A stretch of DNA of 64,000 nucleotides from Eledone cirrhosa (taxonomy: Eukaryota), in assembly GCA_964016885.1 (NCBI GenBank), contig OZ024754.1, positions 13,144,001 through 13,208,000 of the forward strand, written 5' to 3'. Below, piece by piece: positions 40,660 to 55,706 of this stretch. The translations under genes were made by a program, and so were the position numbers. Under the pieces are notes generated by a model, which was not told the origin of the DNA, did no database searches, and was given only the letters and a program-made list of their open reading frames with translations. Position 1 is the first letter of the stretch. Every line of letters starts with the position of its first letter.

Positions 40660-42060
40660 ATATATCTGTATATATATACACACATAGTAGAGTATGTATG
40701 TATGTGTACATATCTGTATATATATATACACCCAGTGTAGAGTATGTATGTATGTGTACATATGTGTGTATATATACACATAGTAGAAGATGTATGTATG
40801 TGTACATCTGTGTATATATATATACACATAGTAGAGTATGTATATCTATGTACATATCTGTGTACATATACACACATAGTAGAGCATGTATATATGTGTA
40901 CATATGTGTGTATATATACACACATAGTAGAGGATGTACATACATACTCTACTATGTGTATATATGTATGTACATACATACTCTATTATGTGTGTGTACA
41001 TATGTCTGTACATATACACACATAGTAGAGGATGTATGTATGTGTACATATGTGTGTATATATACACACATAGTAAAGTATGTACATACATACTCTACTA
41101 TGTGTGTGTACATATGTCTGTATATATACACACATAGTAGAGGATGTATGTATGTGTATATATCTGTATATATATAGACCCAGTGTAGAGTATGTCTGTG
41201 TGTATACATATCTGTGTGTATGTGTATATATACACCCAGTGTAGAGTATGTATGTGTGTGTACATATGTGTGTATATATACACCCAGTTTAGAGTATGTA
41301 TGTGTGTGTACATATTTGTATATATATACACCCAGTGTAGAGTACGTATGTATGTGTACATATGTGTGTATATATACACATAGTAGAAGATGTATGTATG
41401 TGTACATCTGTGTATATATATACACACATAGTAGAGTATGTATGTGTACATATGTGTGTATATATACACACATAGTAGAGTATGTATGTATGTATGTGTA
41501 CATATCTGTGTATATATACACACATAGTAGAGGATGTATGTATGTGTACATATCTGTATATATATACACCCAGTGACGAGTATGTTTGTCTGTGTACATA
41601 TGTGTGTATATATACACACATAGTAGAGGATGTATGTGTATATATCTGTATATATATAGACCCAGTGTAGAGTATGTCTGTGTGTATACATATGTCTGTA
41701 TATATATACACACATAGTAGAGGATGTGTGTATGTGTATATATCTGTATATATATAGACCCAGTGTAGAGTATGTCTGTGTGTATACATATCTGTATGTA
41801 TGTGTATATATACACCCAGTGTAGAGTATGTCTGTGTGTATACATATCTGTATGTATGTGTATATATACACCCAATGTAGAGTATGTCTGTGTGTATACA
41901 TATCTGTATGTATGTATATATATACACCCAGTGTAGAGTATGTATGTGTGTATACATATATGTATGTATGTATATATATACACCCAGTGTAGAGTATGTC
42001 TGTGTGTATACATATCTGTATGTATATATATACACCCAGTGTAGAGTATGTATCTGTGTG
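40660..42060. repeat. Microsatellite-derived minisatellite (CACATAGTAGAG / CCCAGTGTAGAG units, ~40-55 bp)
   Basis: Direct reading. Confidence 0.9.
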
Positions 42061-42222
42061 TACTGTGGGTTGTGTGTAGAAAGTCGTTAACCCCGCCATT
42101 GTAAATATCCCTATAAGGCGGCAGTAATGATTTATTATTGAACATTTTCAATTTCATATCAATTTAATCCACAGTGGAAGGATTTCTTTTGCTCTCCGTA
42201 CCACTGATTGTTTGTGTGGCAC

Positions 42223-42259
<37 letters not shown>

Positions 42260-42297
42260 CATACACTTATATATATAAGTATATATATAAGTGTATG

Positions 42298-42370
<73 letters not shown>

Positions 42371-42418
42371 TATATATATACATATATATACATATATATA
42401 CATACTTATATATATAAG

Positions 42419-42488
<70 letters not shown>

Positions 42489-42746
42489 ATATACATACAC
42501 TTATATATATACTTATATATATAAGTGTATGTATATTATATATATATATATATATGTATATATATGTATATATATACATATATATGTATATATATATATA
42601 TAAGTATAATATATGTATATATATATATATAAGTATATATATATATGTATATAAGTATATGTATATATATATATGTGTGTGTATATTTATATATATAAGT
42701 ATATGTATATATATATATATGTGTGTGTATATTTATATATATATAA

Positions 42747-42837
<91 letters not shown>

Positions 42838-42877
42838 TATATATACTTATATATATAAGTATATATATATATATACA

Positions 42878-42916
<39 letters not shown>

Positions 42917-42974
42917 TATATATATATGTATACATATTTATATATATAAGTAAATATATATATATATATATAAG

Positions 42975-43134
<160 letters not shown>

Positions 43135-43463
43135 TGTGTGTCTGTGTGCGTGTTTCTGCTCATTCGACGTTTCTAAGTAATTTTTTCGTTCCACTTATAT
43201 TTGTATTTATATAGTTGTTGTTGTTGTTATTGTATTTATATTGTTATGGATATTGTATTTCTATTGTTATTTATATTGTATTTATATAGTTGTTGTTGTT
43301 GTATGTTTATTTATATTTTTATTTATATTTTTATTATATTGTTATTGTATTGTTGTTGTTATTTCACATTTCTTACCTTCATACATCTTCGCCACCTCTT
43401 GTCACATTATTCTGATTCTGTATACACTCATAAACAAACTCATATACATATATACTTACACCG

Positions 43464-43499
<36 letters not shown>

Positions 43500-43689
43500 T
43501 TATTTATTTATATATTTATACATATATTTATATATATATATATTTATTTACTTATATATTTATACATATATTTATATAGATATATATGTATTTACTTATA
43601 TATTTATACATATATTTATATATATATATATATATATACTTATATATTTATACATATATTTATATATATATATAAATATTTATATATTT

Positions 43690-43773
<84 letters not shown>

Positions 43774-43897
43774 GTGTATATAGATATATAGATATAAATA
43801 TATATATATATTTATTTATATATATATATATTTATATACATATATATATAAATATACATATATATACATATGCATTAAAATATGTATAGGATAATAG

Positions 43898-43961
<64 letters not shown>

Positions 43962-44394
43962 ATGTGTGTGTGTATGTGTGTGTGTTGGTGTGTGTGTGTG
44001 TATACATACGAACCCACACACATATATATATACCATTTGTTTTAAGTATATATATACTCATTTCCTTTACATTGTTACGTTCACCTTCATCGCCATCCTC
44101 ATATCACCATAATCATCACCATTATCATCATCATCTCTATCATCAGCATCACCTCTATCATCACCATCCTCATCAGCATTACCTCTATCATCGCCATCCT
44201 CATCATCACCATAATCATCGCCATTATCATCATCAGCTCTATCATCACCATTACCTCTATCATCACCATCAGCTCTATCATCACCATCCTCATCACCATC
44301 ACCTCTATCACCATTCTCATCACCATCCTACTTATCATCAATATCATTATTTTATATTATTCCATATTATTCTTGTTCTTGTTCTATATTTTCT

Positions 44395-45530
44395 TTGTTT
44401 TCTATGTTTTCTATACGTTTTCTATATGTTTTCTATATGTTTTCTATATGTTTTCTCTATGTTTTTTATATGTTTTTTATGTTTTCTATGTTTTCTATGT
44501 TTTCTATATGTTTTCTATATGTTTTCTATATGTTTTTTATATGTTTTTTATGTTTTTTCTATGTTTTCTATGTTTTCTATATGTTTTCTATATGTTTTCT
44601 ATATGTTTTTTATATGTTTTTTTATGTTTTCTATATGTTTTCTATATGTTTTCTATATGTTTTTATATGTTTTTTAATGTTTTTTATGTTTTCTATGTTT
44701 TCTATATGTTTTCTATATGTTTTTTATATGTTTTTTATGTTTTTTCTATGTTTTCTATGTTTTCTATATGTTTTCTATATGTTTTCTATATGTTTTTTAT
44801 ATGTTTTTTATGTTTTCTATATGTTTTCTATATGTTTTCTATATGTTTTTATATGTTTTTTTATGTTTTTTATGTTTTCTATGTTTTCTATATGTTTTCT
44901 ATATGTTTTTTATATGTTTTTATGTTTTTTATGTTTTCTATATGTTTTCTATATGTTTTCTATATGTTTTTATATGTTTTTTATGTTTTTATGTTTTCTA
45001 TGTTTTCTATGTTTTCTATATATTTTCTATATGTTTTTTATATGTTTTCTATGTTTTCTATATGTTTTCTATGTTTTCTATATGTTTTTATATGTTTTTT
45101 ATGTTTTTATGTTTTTTATGTTTTCTATGTTTTCTATATATTTTCTATATGTTTTTTCTATGTTTTCTATGTTTTCTATATGTTTTCTATATGTTTTCTA
45201 TATGTTTTTATATGTTTTTTATGTTTTTATATGTTTTCTCTGTTTTCTATATGTTTTCTATATGTTTTCTATATGTTTTTATATGTTTTTTATATGTTTT
45301 CTGTTTTCTATATATTTTCTATACGTTTTCTATGTTTTCTATATGTTTTCTATATATTTTCTATATATTTTCTATATATTTACTACATGTTTGCTATATG
45401 TTTTCTATATATTTTCTATATGTTTTCTATATATTTTTTATGTTTTCTATATATTTTCTATATATTTTCTATATATTTTCTATATGTTTTCTATACGTTT
45501 TCTGTTTTCTATATGTTTTCTATTTGTTTT
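44395..45530. repeat. (TTTTCTATATG)n-type 9-11-bp satellite
   Basis: Direct reading. Confidence 0.95.
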
Positions 45531-45589
45531 CGTATCTTCCTTCTGTAAGTTCCATGCTGCTGCTTATGATAATCTTGCTATTGATATTT

Positions 45590-45651
<62 letters not shown>

Positions 45652-45829
45652 GCTGTTGCTGCTGTTGTTGTTGCTGTTATCGTTGTTGTTTCAATACTAC
45701 TATTGTGAAAATGATTATTACTAATGTTGTAGTTGCTGTTGTTATTTCTGTATTTCTGTCTATTATTATCAAAATGATTATTGCCGTTGTTGCTGCTGCT
45801 GCTGTTGTTGTTGTTGTTGTTGTTGCTAC

Positions 45830-45860
<31 letters not shown>

Positions 45861-46852
45861 TTTGTTGCTGTTGCTGCTGTTGTTGTTGTTGCTGTTGCTG
45901 CTGCTGCTGCTGTTGCTGTTGCTGTTGTTGTTGTTGTTGTTGTTGCTGTTGTTGTTGTGGTTATTATTGTTGATGTTGTTGTTGTTGCTGCTGCTGCTGT
46001 TGTTGTTGTTGATGGTGTTGTTTTTGTTGCTGTTGTTGCTGCTGTTATTGTTGTTGTTGCTGTTGTTGTTGTTGCTGTTGTTGTCATTGCTGTTGCTGTT
46101 GTAACTGTTTTTGTTGCTGTTGCTGTTGTTGTTGTTGTTGTTGTTGTTGCTGTCGTTGTTGCTGTTGTAACTGTTGTTGTTGTTGTTGTTGTTGTTGCTG
46201 TTGCTGTTGTTGTTGCTGCTGTTGGTGTTGCTGTTGTTGTTGTTGTTGCTGTTGTTGATGTTGTTGTCGCTGTTGCTGTTGCTGTTGTTGGTTTTATTAC
46301 AATTATTATGAATATAACTTTTGCTGTTGTTTTTGTTATTGGTGCTGTTGCTGACGCTTCTTCTTCTTCTTCTTCTTCTTCTTCTTCTTCTTCTTCTTCT
46401 CCCCCCCCCCCCATATAACAGTTGTTATTCATAACAATGTTATATTATATTCGTCTTACTGTTGTTCTATATCTCCGCCATCTTGTTTTAATACTATTCT
46501 TCATGGTATTGTTGTAGATTATATCACCATTATTGGTAGTATTATTACTATTATTGTTCGTCTTCATATTACTACTAATACAAATACGACGACTACTACT
46601 ATCACTACCGCCACTACTACTACTACTACTACTAATAATAATAATAATAATAATAATATTAATACTACCACTAGTGCTGCTGCTGTTACTACTACTACTA
46701 CTACTACTACTACTACGACTACTACTACTAATGCTACGACTACTACTACTACTACTACTACGACGACTACTACGACTACTACGACTACTACTACTACTAC
46801 GACTACTACTACTACGACTACGACTACGACTACTACTACTACGACTACTACG

Positions 46853-46905
<53 letters not shown>

Positions 46906-46910
46906 AACCA
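45590..46910. repeat. (GTT/GCT)n, (CTT)n and (CTA/CGA)n trinucleotide tracts
   Basis: Direct reading. Confidence 0.95.
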
Positions 46911-47090
46911 CTGCTTTTGTTATTATCATCAATATAGTTTATTTTATATTTTTATATCTTCATTGTTAAATTAGTCTTGCCATTGTGCACTTTTACTCGA
47001 CCTTATTGTAAACCCCCACTCTCCCTGTCTTTCTATTGTCCCCTACATGTCGGCCCTGGTGGCTAATAAGTGAAATCATCATTATTATTA

Positions 47091-47270
47091 TTGGCGGTAT
47101 CGGTAGAGGGTCGGACGCCATGATTTGACGTATAGAGTTACGGCCCTTGCCATTCTGAGTTCAAATCCCGCCGAGGTTAACTTTGCCTTTCATCATAACG
47201 GTGTAGATAAAATAAAGTACCAGTAATGCACTGGGTGATTGCTGGCCTTGTGCCAAACGTAGAAACAATT
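47091..47270 (+). mobile_element. Octopus-type SINE
   Basis: Shared SINE sequence with B-box GAGTTCAAATCC. Confidence 0.85.
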
Positions 47271-47414
47271 ATTATTATCATTAGATTTGATGTTGCTGTC
47301 GTTCGTGTTGAAGTCGTTTATTTATAACCCCCCACCCCACCCCCTCCCAATAGTGTTACAGTTATCGGGTCTTGGTGTATGAGGCTTCTATCAGTGACGC
47401 CCAAAGGAAAATGG

Positions 47415-47449
<35 letters not shown>

Positions 47450-47452
<3 letters not shown>

Positions 47453-47640
47453 AACCAGTAAGACCCCGACGGCTGAGCTCAAGCCGTTTCGACGGCTAAT
47501 TCTGGACTAGAATTAGCCGTCGAAACGGCTTGAGCTCAGCCGTCGGAGTCTTACTGGTTCCTATCACCCACTCTACTACCCTAAGTATTGAGTACTTTGG
47601 TGCGTTATGGTCCACCTGGCTCCTTACCACATTTCCTTCG

Positions 47641-47643
<3 letters not shown>
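47450..47643 (+). mobile_element. Family A fold-back insert
   Basis: Short arm 47450-47503, long arm from 47509; (TA)n flanks. Confidence 0.8.
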
Positions 47644-47724
<81 letters not shown>

Positions 47725-47969
47725 GAAAGTATAGAAATTATTGTGATCATGAAGCCAACAGTATTTCATAATATATAAGTGACTATAACGTCAAAATGGA
47801 AAAATAGTTAACGTAAGATGTGGGAAAATAATTCAAACTGAATTTTAAAAAATCAAGACATAGATTTATCCACAGAATTTTGTGAAATCCAGGAAATAAT
47901 CAATAGAGCCTTAACTCTGAATAAAATAAAGTTTAAATACTCATCCTTCAATTTGGAAAAACTTCAAAT

Positions 47970-48049
47970 GCTCTATATAGTCTTAAAAAGACTATTTCAC
48001 GAAACTTTCAGTGGGGATGGTCACGGTTGGAATCGTTCATCAGTAGAGC
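47970..48049 (-). ncRNA. Complete type I hammerhead ribozyme with 8-bp stem III
   Basis: Minus strand GCTCTA-CTGATGA-ACGA...TCGT-GAAATAGTCTT(TTT)AAGACTAT-A-TAGAGC; inside a (TA)n-flanked insert ~47722-48343. Confidence 0.85.
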
Positions 48050-48358
48050 TCAAACACGATAACCCTAAAGAACTGCCAGAATAGGCCAAAAAGGGAATTT
48101 AAAAGCAGGCTAGTTCAACTCATGCGTAATTATGAAAATAAACGCACATGGAGAGACATGGCTGGTGACGTCAGAATGAGACGGATGTCTGTTTACAGGA
48201 AACAGCAGTAAAAAAACATTCCGAAAAAAAAAACCTACAAATGTAAGGAGTTCAGCAAAATAGCAATATTATCGCGGTTTTTTTTTTTTTAAAGACCGGG
48301 ATTAGTTAAATAATTTTAAGCACTCTAGGAAAATATTCCGAGTATAAATATATATATA

Positions 48359-48448
<90 letters not shown>

Positions 48449-48452
<4 letters not shown>

Positions 48453-48636
48453 GTGGAACACTGGAAGGTAATATCCGTAGTGGTAGATCACTCAGTCCAG
48501 GGGACGAGCTAGATAGAAGTGGTTGCACAACAGTTAGTTCACCATACCGAGAACAATTGTTTCACCTTCGCGGATCTTCAGCTCGGGATGTATACATATA
48601 CTCTATCACTACAGATATTACCTTCCAGTGTTCCGC

Positions 48637-48640
<4 letters not shown>
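48449..48640 (-). mobile_element. Family D insert with short inverted end; HHR at 48547-48586 (-)
   Basis: Minus strand CCGAG-CTGAAGA-TCCGCGAAGGT-GAAACAATTGT-T-CTCGG; 48608-48640 inverts 48449-48482. Confidence 0.75.
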
Positions 48641-48693
<53 letters not shown>

Positions 48694-48702
48694 TATATAG
48701 AG

Positions 48703-49062
48703 AGAGATTTTGAGTTTATGTTGGTTGTATATCAACACCTATGTATGCAGGCTGGAGCACTCGACGAAGTGCGCAGGTTGGTTTTGTTACTCCGGAGTAG
48801 TGTAAAATAAAGTTAAATAAAAGTCAAATGATTAAAATTTAGCTTCGTTTATTACTGCTATATATATTTCAGCGACAGCCATCTTTGGCTGTGACCTCTT
48901 CAGGCAGTTTGAATTAGTATGGTATAGACAAATTCAGTTACTTGTCTATACCATACTAATTCAAACTGCCTGAAGAGGTCACAGCCAAAGATGGCTGTCA
49001 CTGAAATATATATAGCAGTAATAAACGAAGCTAAATTTTAATCATTTGACTTTTATTTAACT

Positions 49063-49070
<8 letters not shown>
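48703..49070. mobile_element. Family C fold-back insert (arms ~48804-48931 / 48942-49069)
   Basis: Near-perfect inverted repeat with 10-nt loop plus left tail. Confidence 0.8.
48965..49019 (+). ncRNA. Type I hammerhead ribozyme (family C); mirror copy 48854-48908 (-)
   Basis: ACTGC-CTGAAGA-GGTCACAGCCA(AAGA)TGGCTGTCACT-GAAATATATAT-A-GCAGT. Confidence 0.85.
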
Positions 49071-49117
<47 letters not shown>

Positions 49118-49119
<2 letters not shown>

Positions 49120-49309
49120 AACGAGTAGGACCCCGACGGCTGAGCTCAAGCCGTTTCGACGGCTAATTCTGCGTCCAGAATTAACCGTCGAAACGGCTTG
49201 AGCTCAGCCGTCCGGGTCCTACGCGTTCCTATTACCCACTCTACTACCCTAAGTATTGAGTACTTTGGTGCGTTATGGTCCACTTGGTTCCTTACCACAT
49301 TTCGTTCGT

Positions 49310-49312
<3 letters not shown>
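49118..49312 (+). mobile_element. Family A fold-back insert
   Basis: Same layout as 47450-47643. Confidence 0.8.
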
Positions 49313-49374
<62 letters not shown>

Positions 49375-49469
49375 CATATATATATATATAAACATATATA
49401 TATATAAACATATATATATATAAACATATATATATATAAACATATATATATATACATATATATATAAAC

Positions 49470-49502
<33 letters not shown>

Positions 49503-49881
49503 TAATTATATATATATATAATTATATATGTATATATATATATAATTATATATGTATATATATATAATTATATATGTATTATGTGTAAATATGTTGATAT
49601 ATAACTTTGGAGTTAGCAACACATCAAGCCTGGAAGCATTAATCTTTCCTATATTCAACATTTACTTTGTAATATTTACTTTTTACTTTTGATATACATG
49701 GAGGTTTTTTTTTTTATTCCATTTTATTTTTTACCTATATTTCTTTACCTCATTCCTTCTTTTATATGTTCCCCTACCCGCATTTATATCTCTCGGCATT
49801 GTCAGACTGCCAACGGCTGGAAAATTGATTTCAGCTATTTTCTTTCCACCAGCAATACATGGCCACAAGAGAATATCTATA

Positions 49882-49988
<107 letters not shown>

Positions 49989-50026
49989 AGGTATATATAT
50001 ATATATGTATATATTATATATAAATG

Positions 50027-50059
<33 letters not shown>

Positions 50060-50201
50060 ATATATAGGTATATGTATGTATGTATGTGTGTTTATATATA
50101 TATTTATTATATATGTATACATGTATGTATGTATATATATACATATATATATATATATGCATATGTATGTGTGTACATATATATATTTATATATATATTT
50201 A

Positions 50202-50265
<64 letters not shown>

Positions 50266-50414
50266 TATATGTATGTATATGAATGTATATATATATATAT
50301 ATATATATACAGACATACAGGATATATCACTGGAACACCGAAAATAGGGTCTTAAGAAGATATATATAGTAATTATAGAAATATAGACGCGGTATCAAAG
50401 TATATGTAAAAGCG

Positions 50415-50445
<31 letters not shown>

Positions 50446-50512
50446 ATGTATATGCGCTTGCATGTGTGTGCGTGTGCGTGTGAGTGCGTGTTTGTGTATG
50501 TGTGTGTGTGAA

Positions 50513-50638
<126 letters not shown>

Positions 50639-51156
50639 ATACTTGTTATGAAAGTCTGTATTAAAACCTAAAATGTAATACTATCGGATAGTCATGCTGC
50701 CAATAAACCATGCGCACTTGTAGAGTTTCATTTCACTTTTTTCTTATTTGTTTTATTATGGAACAGGTAATTGAAACATCGGATGAGTCATGAGACTGCA
50801 GCTTTACAGAATCACTGACTTGATTCAATAAATCATATACAACAGGACTTATTTAGATCGAGACTACTAATTATATTGAACTAATATCAGATTAAATTTT
50901 TAACTATTTTTCACAGTGAAAATGCTACGTTGAAACTAGCTTAACCGCTCAACATTTCTAAAAATACGATTCTAAAATGTCTATATATATATATAAGGTT
51001 CTTAATGTTATCTACATCCTTAGTTATTATAATTTTATTATTTTTATCTTCATTTTTATTATCGTATATCTTTGTAAGACATTAGTGTATGTAAACTCCA
51101 TATTCTTCAGAGTTTCTGGCTTGTATCTGCCGAAATTACCTCTTGTTGTTTTGATT

Positions 51157-51194
51157 GCCCTGATGAGTCCTTAATAAGACGAAACATTGTCGGC
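51157..51194 (+). ncRNA. Minimal type I hammerhead ribozyme
   Basis: GCC-CTGATGA-GTC(CTTAATAA)GAC-GAAACATTGT-C-GGC followed by AATAAA, near the 3' end of a (TA)n-flanked insert ~50637-51243. Confidence 0.85.
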
Positions 51195-51240
51195 TAATAA
51201 AAACTTTTGATGTATTAAAGGATTTTTTGTTTTACTCTCT

Positions 51241-51302
<62 letters not shown>

Positions 51303-51391
51303 TTTTCTCGAATGAAACAGTTCTAGTCTTGTAGAAGCCTTTTCTATATTATATATATTTATATATATATATATATGTGCATATATATATA

Positions 51392-51447
<56 letters not shown>

Positions 51448-51449
51448 AT

Positions 51450-53208
51450 ATAAGATCAACGGGTGGTTAAAAGAGTTCCAAGTATTTTATTATGCGCATT
51501 TCAAAAACAAATATCATCATGGGATGATATATGCGTTCTCATCAGATAAAATAGGGAGACATGATATGAAGCTTAAAAAACACTTGTGAGCAGTGAAGTT
51601 TTAAATCAAGATATGAAAAATAAAGTAAGATGGATATATGAGATAGATTGGGAAAAAATGAGTGGGGGGGGGGGGGGGATATGAAATTGGGAAAAGGTAA
51701 GGAAGAGGAAGAAAGAAAATAAAGGATGGTGGGGAAGGAGTATAAGAAGGAAGGATAAGAGAGGGTGAGAAATGAGTGATAGAGAGAGAGAAATAGCCTT
51801 TACAAGTGAGTCACAGAGAGAAATTAAAAAACCATTGGAAGATAATAGATGATTTAAAATTCTTCCCTATCCAGAACATGTAATCTCTGCCTAGCCGAGA
51901 AATTTACAATTATATCTAATTTTAATCCTATAATAAATAGACGTACCGATTTATTTTCGCTCTTCTTGGATAAATCCCATAGAACATTCTATAAAGTATA
52001 CAGTTAATATCTCAATACCTAATTAGTTTAAAACCTTCTTTTCTCAAAGGCTTTTATATCTTTTACAAATATACCCATCTTTCTACTTTATTTCAGTATA
52101 TTATATTATACAATTTACTCACTCTATGTCGTTGTGATCCCCTATCTTTCTTCTTTTTATCCTTTTTCCTTTCTTCCTTTTTTCTTTTTTAATTTCTAAT
52201 CTTTAATCTGTAACTTTCACTTCCCAATTACTTCTCAATTCATATTATTACTCACTACAGCATTTTCCATTTTCCATTTTTACTCATATTATTGGCCATA
52301 GAAACTATATATTTTTTATTATATAATAATATTACCACTAGAAAATGTTTGTAAACATATATACTTTTTGACGTTAGATATTTTTTCTTCCTTAAATTAT
52401 CTTTTTTCTTCTCTCCTTCCGTACTTGTTTTAAACCTACTATTTACTTTTACATATTACAATACATAAAAACAAACTTAAACCCTAACTAATTCCTCTAA
52501 GTTCATAATTCATTTATTCTTCTCCTGCTTTCACATTATATCCTTAATATCATTAATATTTTTATTTTAATAATACATATTAATAAATTCTCTTTTTTTT
52601 TCGCACATATTGTTAAATCCTTCAATATACAAACCTAAATTAATACTATTCCTAATTCCTTTTTCTTCAATCATAAACATCAACATCCATAAACCTCATT
52701 AACTTTTAATTTCAAAAACTGTTTAAATTATCTATTATCTTCCAATGGTTTTTTAATTTCTCTCTGTGAGACAATGTTGTTCTCACTTGTAAAGGCTATT
52801 CTCTCTCCCTATCACTCATTTCTCCTCCTCTCTTATCCTTCCTTCTTATACTCCTCCCCCTCTATCCTTTATTTTCTTTCTTCCTCTTCCTTAACTTTTC
52901 CTACCCTCATTTTTTCAAAATCTCATATATCCATCTTACTTTATTTTTCATATCTTGATTTAAAACTTCACTGCTCACAAGTGTTTTTTAAGCTTCATAT
53001 CATGTCACCCTATTTTATCTGATGAGAACGCAGATATCATCCCATGATGATATTTGTTTTTGAAATGTGCGCATAATAAAATACTTGGAACTCTTTTAAC
53101 CATCTTTTGTTCTTATATTATTTATACTCCAGTCCTATAAACTGTTAAGTGCTACTTATCCGATATTTGCATTGCTTTATTGTGCTACAATAAAACTCAC
53201 CTCCTACA
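51450..53208. mobile_element. Longer family B element with ~400-bp inverted arms (51450-51850 / 52730-53120); HHRs at 51485-51551 (-) and 53013-53081 (+)
   Basis: Arms are diverged reverse complements; tail 53120-53208 matches 36185-36276. Confidence 0.8.
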
Positions 53209-53230
53209 TATATATATATATACACACACC

Positions 53231-53308
<78 letters not shown>

Positions 53309-53309
53309 A

Positions 53310-53527
53310 AAGGTAAACAGAAATAACAACACAATCGGTACAGTATATGGAAGGGATATATTAGGTTAACGCTTGATATAGCAGGAAGAGGGTCTTAACA
53401 TTTCGGACGCTAGTCCTTCAGCAGAAGAAAGAATGAGAAATAAGATAGATTGTGGGGACGGGCGGGATGGAATTGGAAAAAATGTCTTTAGATAAAAATA
53501 ACAGGTCCATTCATGTTGACATCTCTT
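53310..53527 (-). mobile_element. PLE 3'-end fragment, copy of 1645-1862, HHR decayed (53393-53430)
   Basis: Minus strand TCTT-CTGCTGA-A-GGAC(TAGC)GTCC-GAAATGTT-AAGA. Confidence 0.7.
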
Positions 53528-53663
53528 GCAAAACTGTTGGTGCTGGCATTTTGTGTATGATTTATTTTTTAGAAAAATGGATGATTGAGCGCGTCTACCT
53601 GAAATGAAAAAATAACCGTTTTGTAAAAAGAACTATACCTGAGCACGTGCGTAAGCATGTGTT

Positions 53664-53720
<57 letters not shown>

Positions 53721-53724
<4 letters not shown>

Positions 53725-54091
53725 TGAAAGATTGAAGAATAACATGGTCGGCTGAACAAAAAGGGTTTTATTTCAAGTATTAACAATTGTTTCATTGATC
53801 AGGGGAGTCTAAAGGCCGCTAATCACTCGAAGTTGCGGTCTTTAGACTCCCCTCATCAATGAAACAATTGTTAATACTTGAAATGAAACCCTTTTTGTAC
53901 AGCTGACCATGTTATTCTTCAATCGTTCACTATTATTACTCCAAGAAAAACCTGCATAGGAATTCTCGTGAACTCGCTACCTAACTATGGAAACCTCATG
54001 TTGAGTCAAACAACGCCGTACGTTAAATCTATCCACAATACAGAGTACTCACAACCTCTAACTGGATTAACTATAAAGATAACTTGTTATC

Positions 54092-54095
<4 letters not shown>
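53721..54095 (+). mobile_element. Fold-back insert (arms 53721-53819 / 53835-53932) carrying only an HHR 3' half
   Basis: GAAACAATTGT-T palindromic stem III at ~53861; microsatellite flanks. Confidence 0.7.
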
Positions 54096-54152
<57 letters not shown>

Positions 54153-54319
54153 TAAGCAGAGAATTTCTGCTTCGGTAATTTACTTTGGAACTTACGCGAG
54201 TCTTTATATCTCTTCTGTTCTGGAAGTTATGTTGATGTCATTTTATTTCATGGCTGTTACTTAACTTTTGATATTATTACAGTTAAATGTACAATAAATA
54301 ACCAATAAATAAATAGATA

Positions 54320-54383
<64 letters not shown>

Positions 54384-55562
54384 AACAAACAAACAATTAT
54401 GACAGTTAAAGCTCTGCAAGCTTCAGACTTTCACGCTACACAAACTACATGTTTGTAAATTTTGGAGATTGTGGTTTCTTTAGTATAAATCTTGAAAACT
54501 GTTCTCAACTTAATCATTCTTTGAGGTATTTTTCTGGCTCTATTAAATAAATGATTGGATGTTTTGCAAGCACTTTATGTATGTTTATTAAATTATTTAA
54601 CAAGAGCTTCGGAACTTTACCACTTTCAAATTGTTCAGTTTGTGTAGCTTTCAAGACACTTCACATGAACAAATTGTCTCCATTTTAATTTACAAAGCTG
54701 TTTGTACCAAAACAAAATACACTATTAAGGGGAGCCAAAAAGAACAACAAAAAAAAAAGAAATGAAAGGATGAAAAAAAAAAATGAATCAAGCAAGGAAA
54801 GAAAGGGCGAGGGTGAGGGACAGAAAGTACACCCCAATTATTTAAGCTGGTAGACACTTGCTATTGCTTGTCACGATGCTTCAGGTTCTGCACTTCAAAG
54901 AACCGTTGTCGATTTTCATGCGACTGATTCTCTAGATTTAGTAAAGTTCTCTTTCATTCCGTGTATGTCGTCTATTTGTAACATTATATCTTTGAACTTT
55001 CATCATTCTTTCCTTTTTATTTTCTATTTGTGGCTTTCCAGTTTAGATTTTGTTAAGGATTCAGACACCTTTTATTTTACTTGTATATGTTTCTCTGTAT
55101 ATTTATTTACCACGTTATTTGCTAAAAATGTTGATGTTTTTGTAGCTATAGTCTTGGCGGAGTACCGCCGTTTCTTTGTAAATATTTTGTATGATTTTAT
55201 CAGGTGAGATTAATGTTTGCATCTCTTTTCCCTAATTCTATAGATAGGCTTGCACTTATTAAGTTGTTATTTTAGCAGTAAGTTTTATTTCTGGAAACGT
55301 TCGTTCATGAGTGTCCCTTCATTGTTTTGTTTTCTATGTTATTAACTGTTTTCACGTTTAGATTATTGTTATGTTAAAAATTTAGGTAGAGAAATTATTT
55401 ATAATAATATATTTTGGCTCTGTACTTAACGTAGAGCTCTCTTTTTCCTGTGTCTACTCCTGTGTCTACAGAATCTCTTGACACTATATATATGTTGCGT
55501 GCGTGTGTGGGTGTGTGTTTGTGTGTGTGTTTGTGTGTGTGTATGTGTGTGTACCGGCTTAG

Positions 55563-55601
<39 letters not shown>

Positions 55602-55675
55602 TATGACTAAGCAGGTACACACACATAGACACATGTGTGTGTGTGTCTGTGCATGATTTAGTTGCATATATATAC

Positions 55676-55706
<31 letters not shown>

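Noticed and set aside
50640-50980. Possible GIY-YIG remnant upstream of the 51157 HHR
   Set aside because: Only a faint TAALQNH-like match; not enough to annotate.
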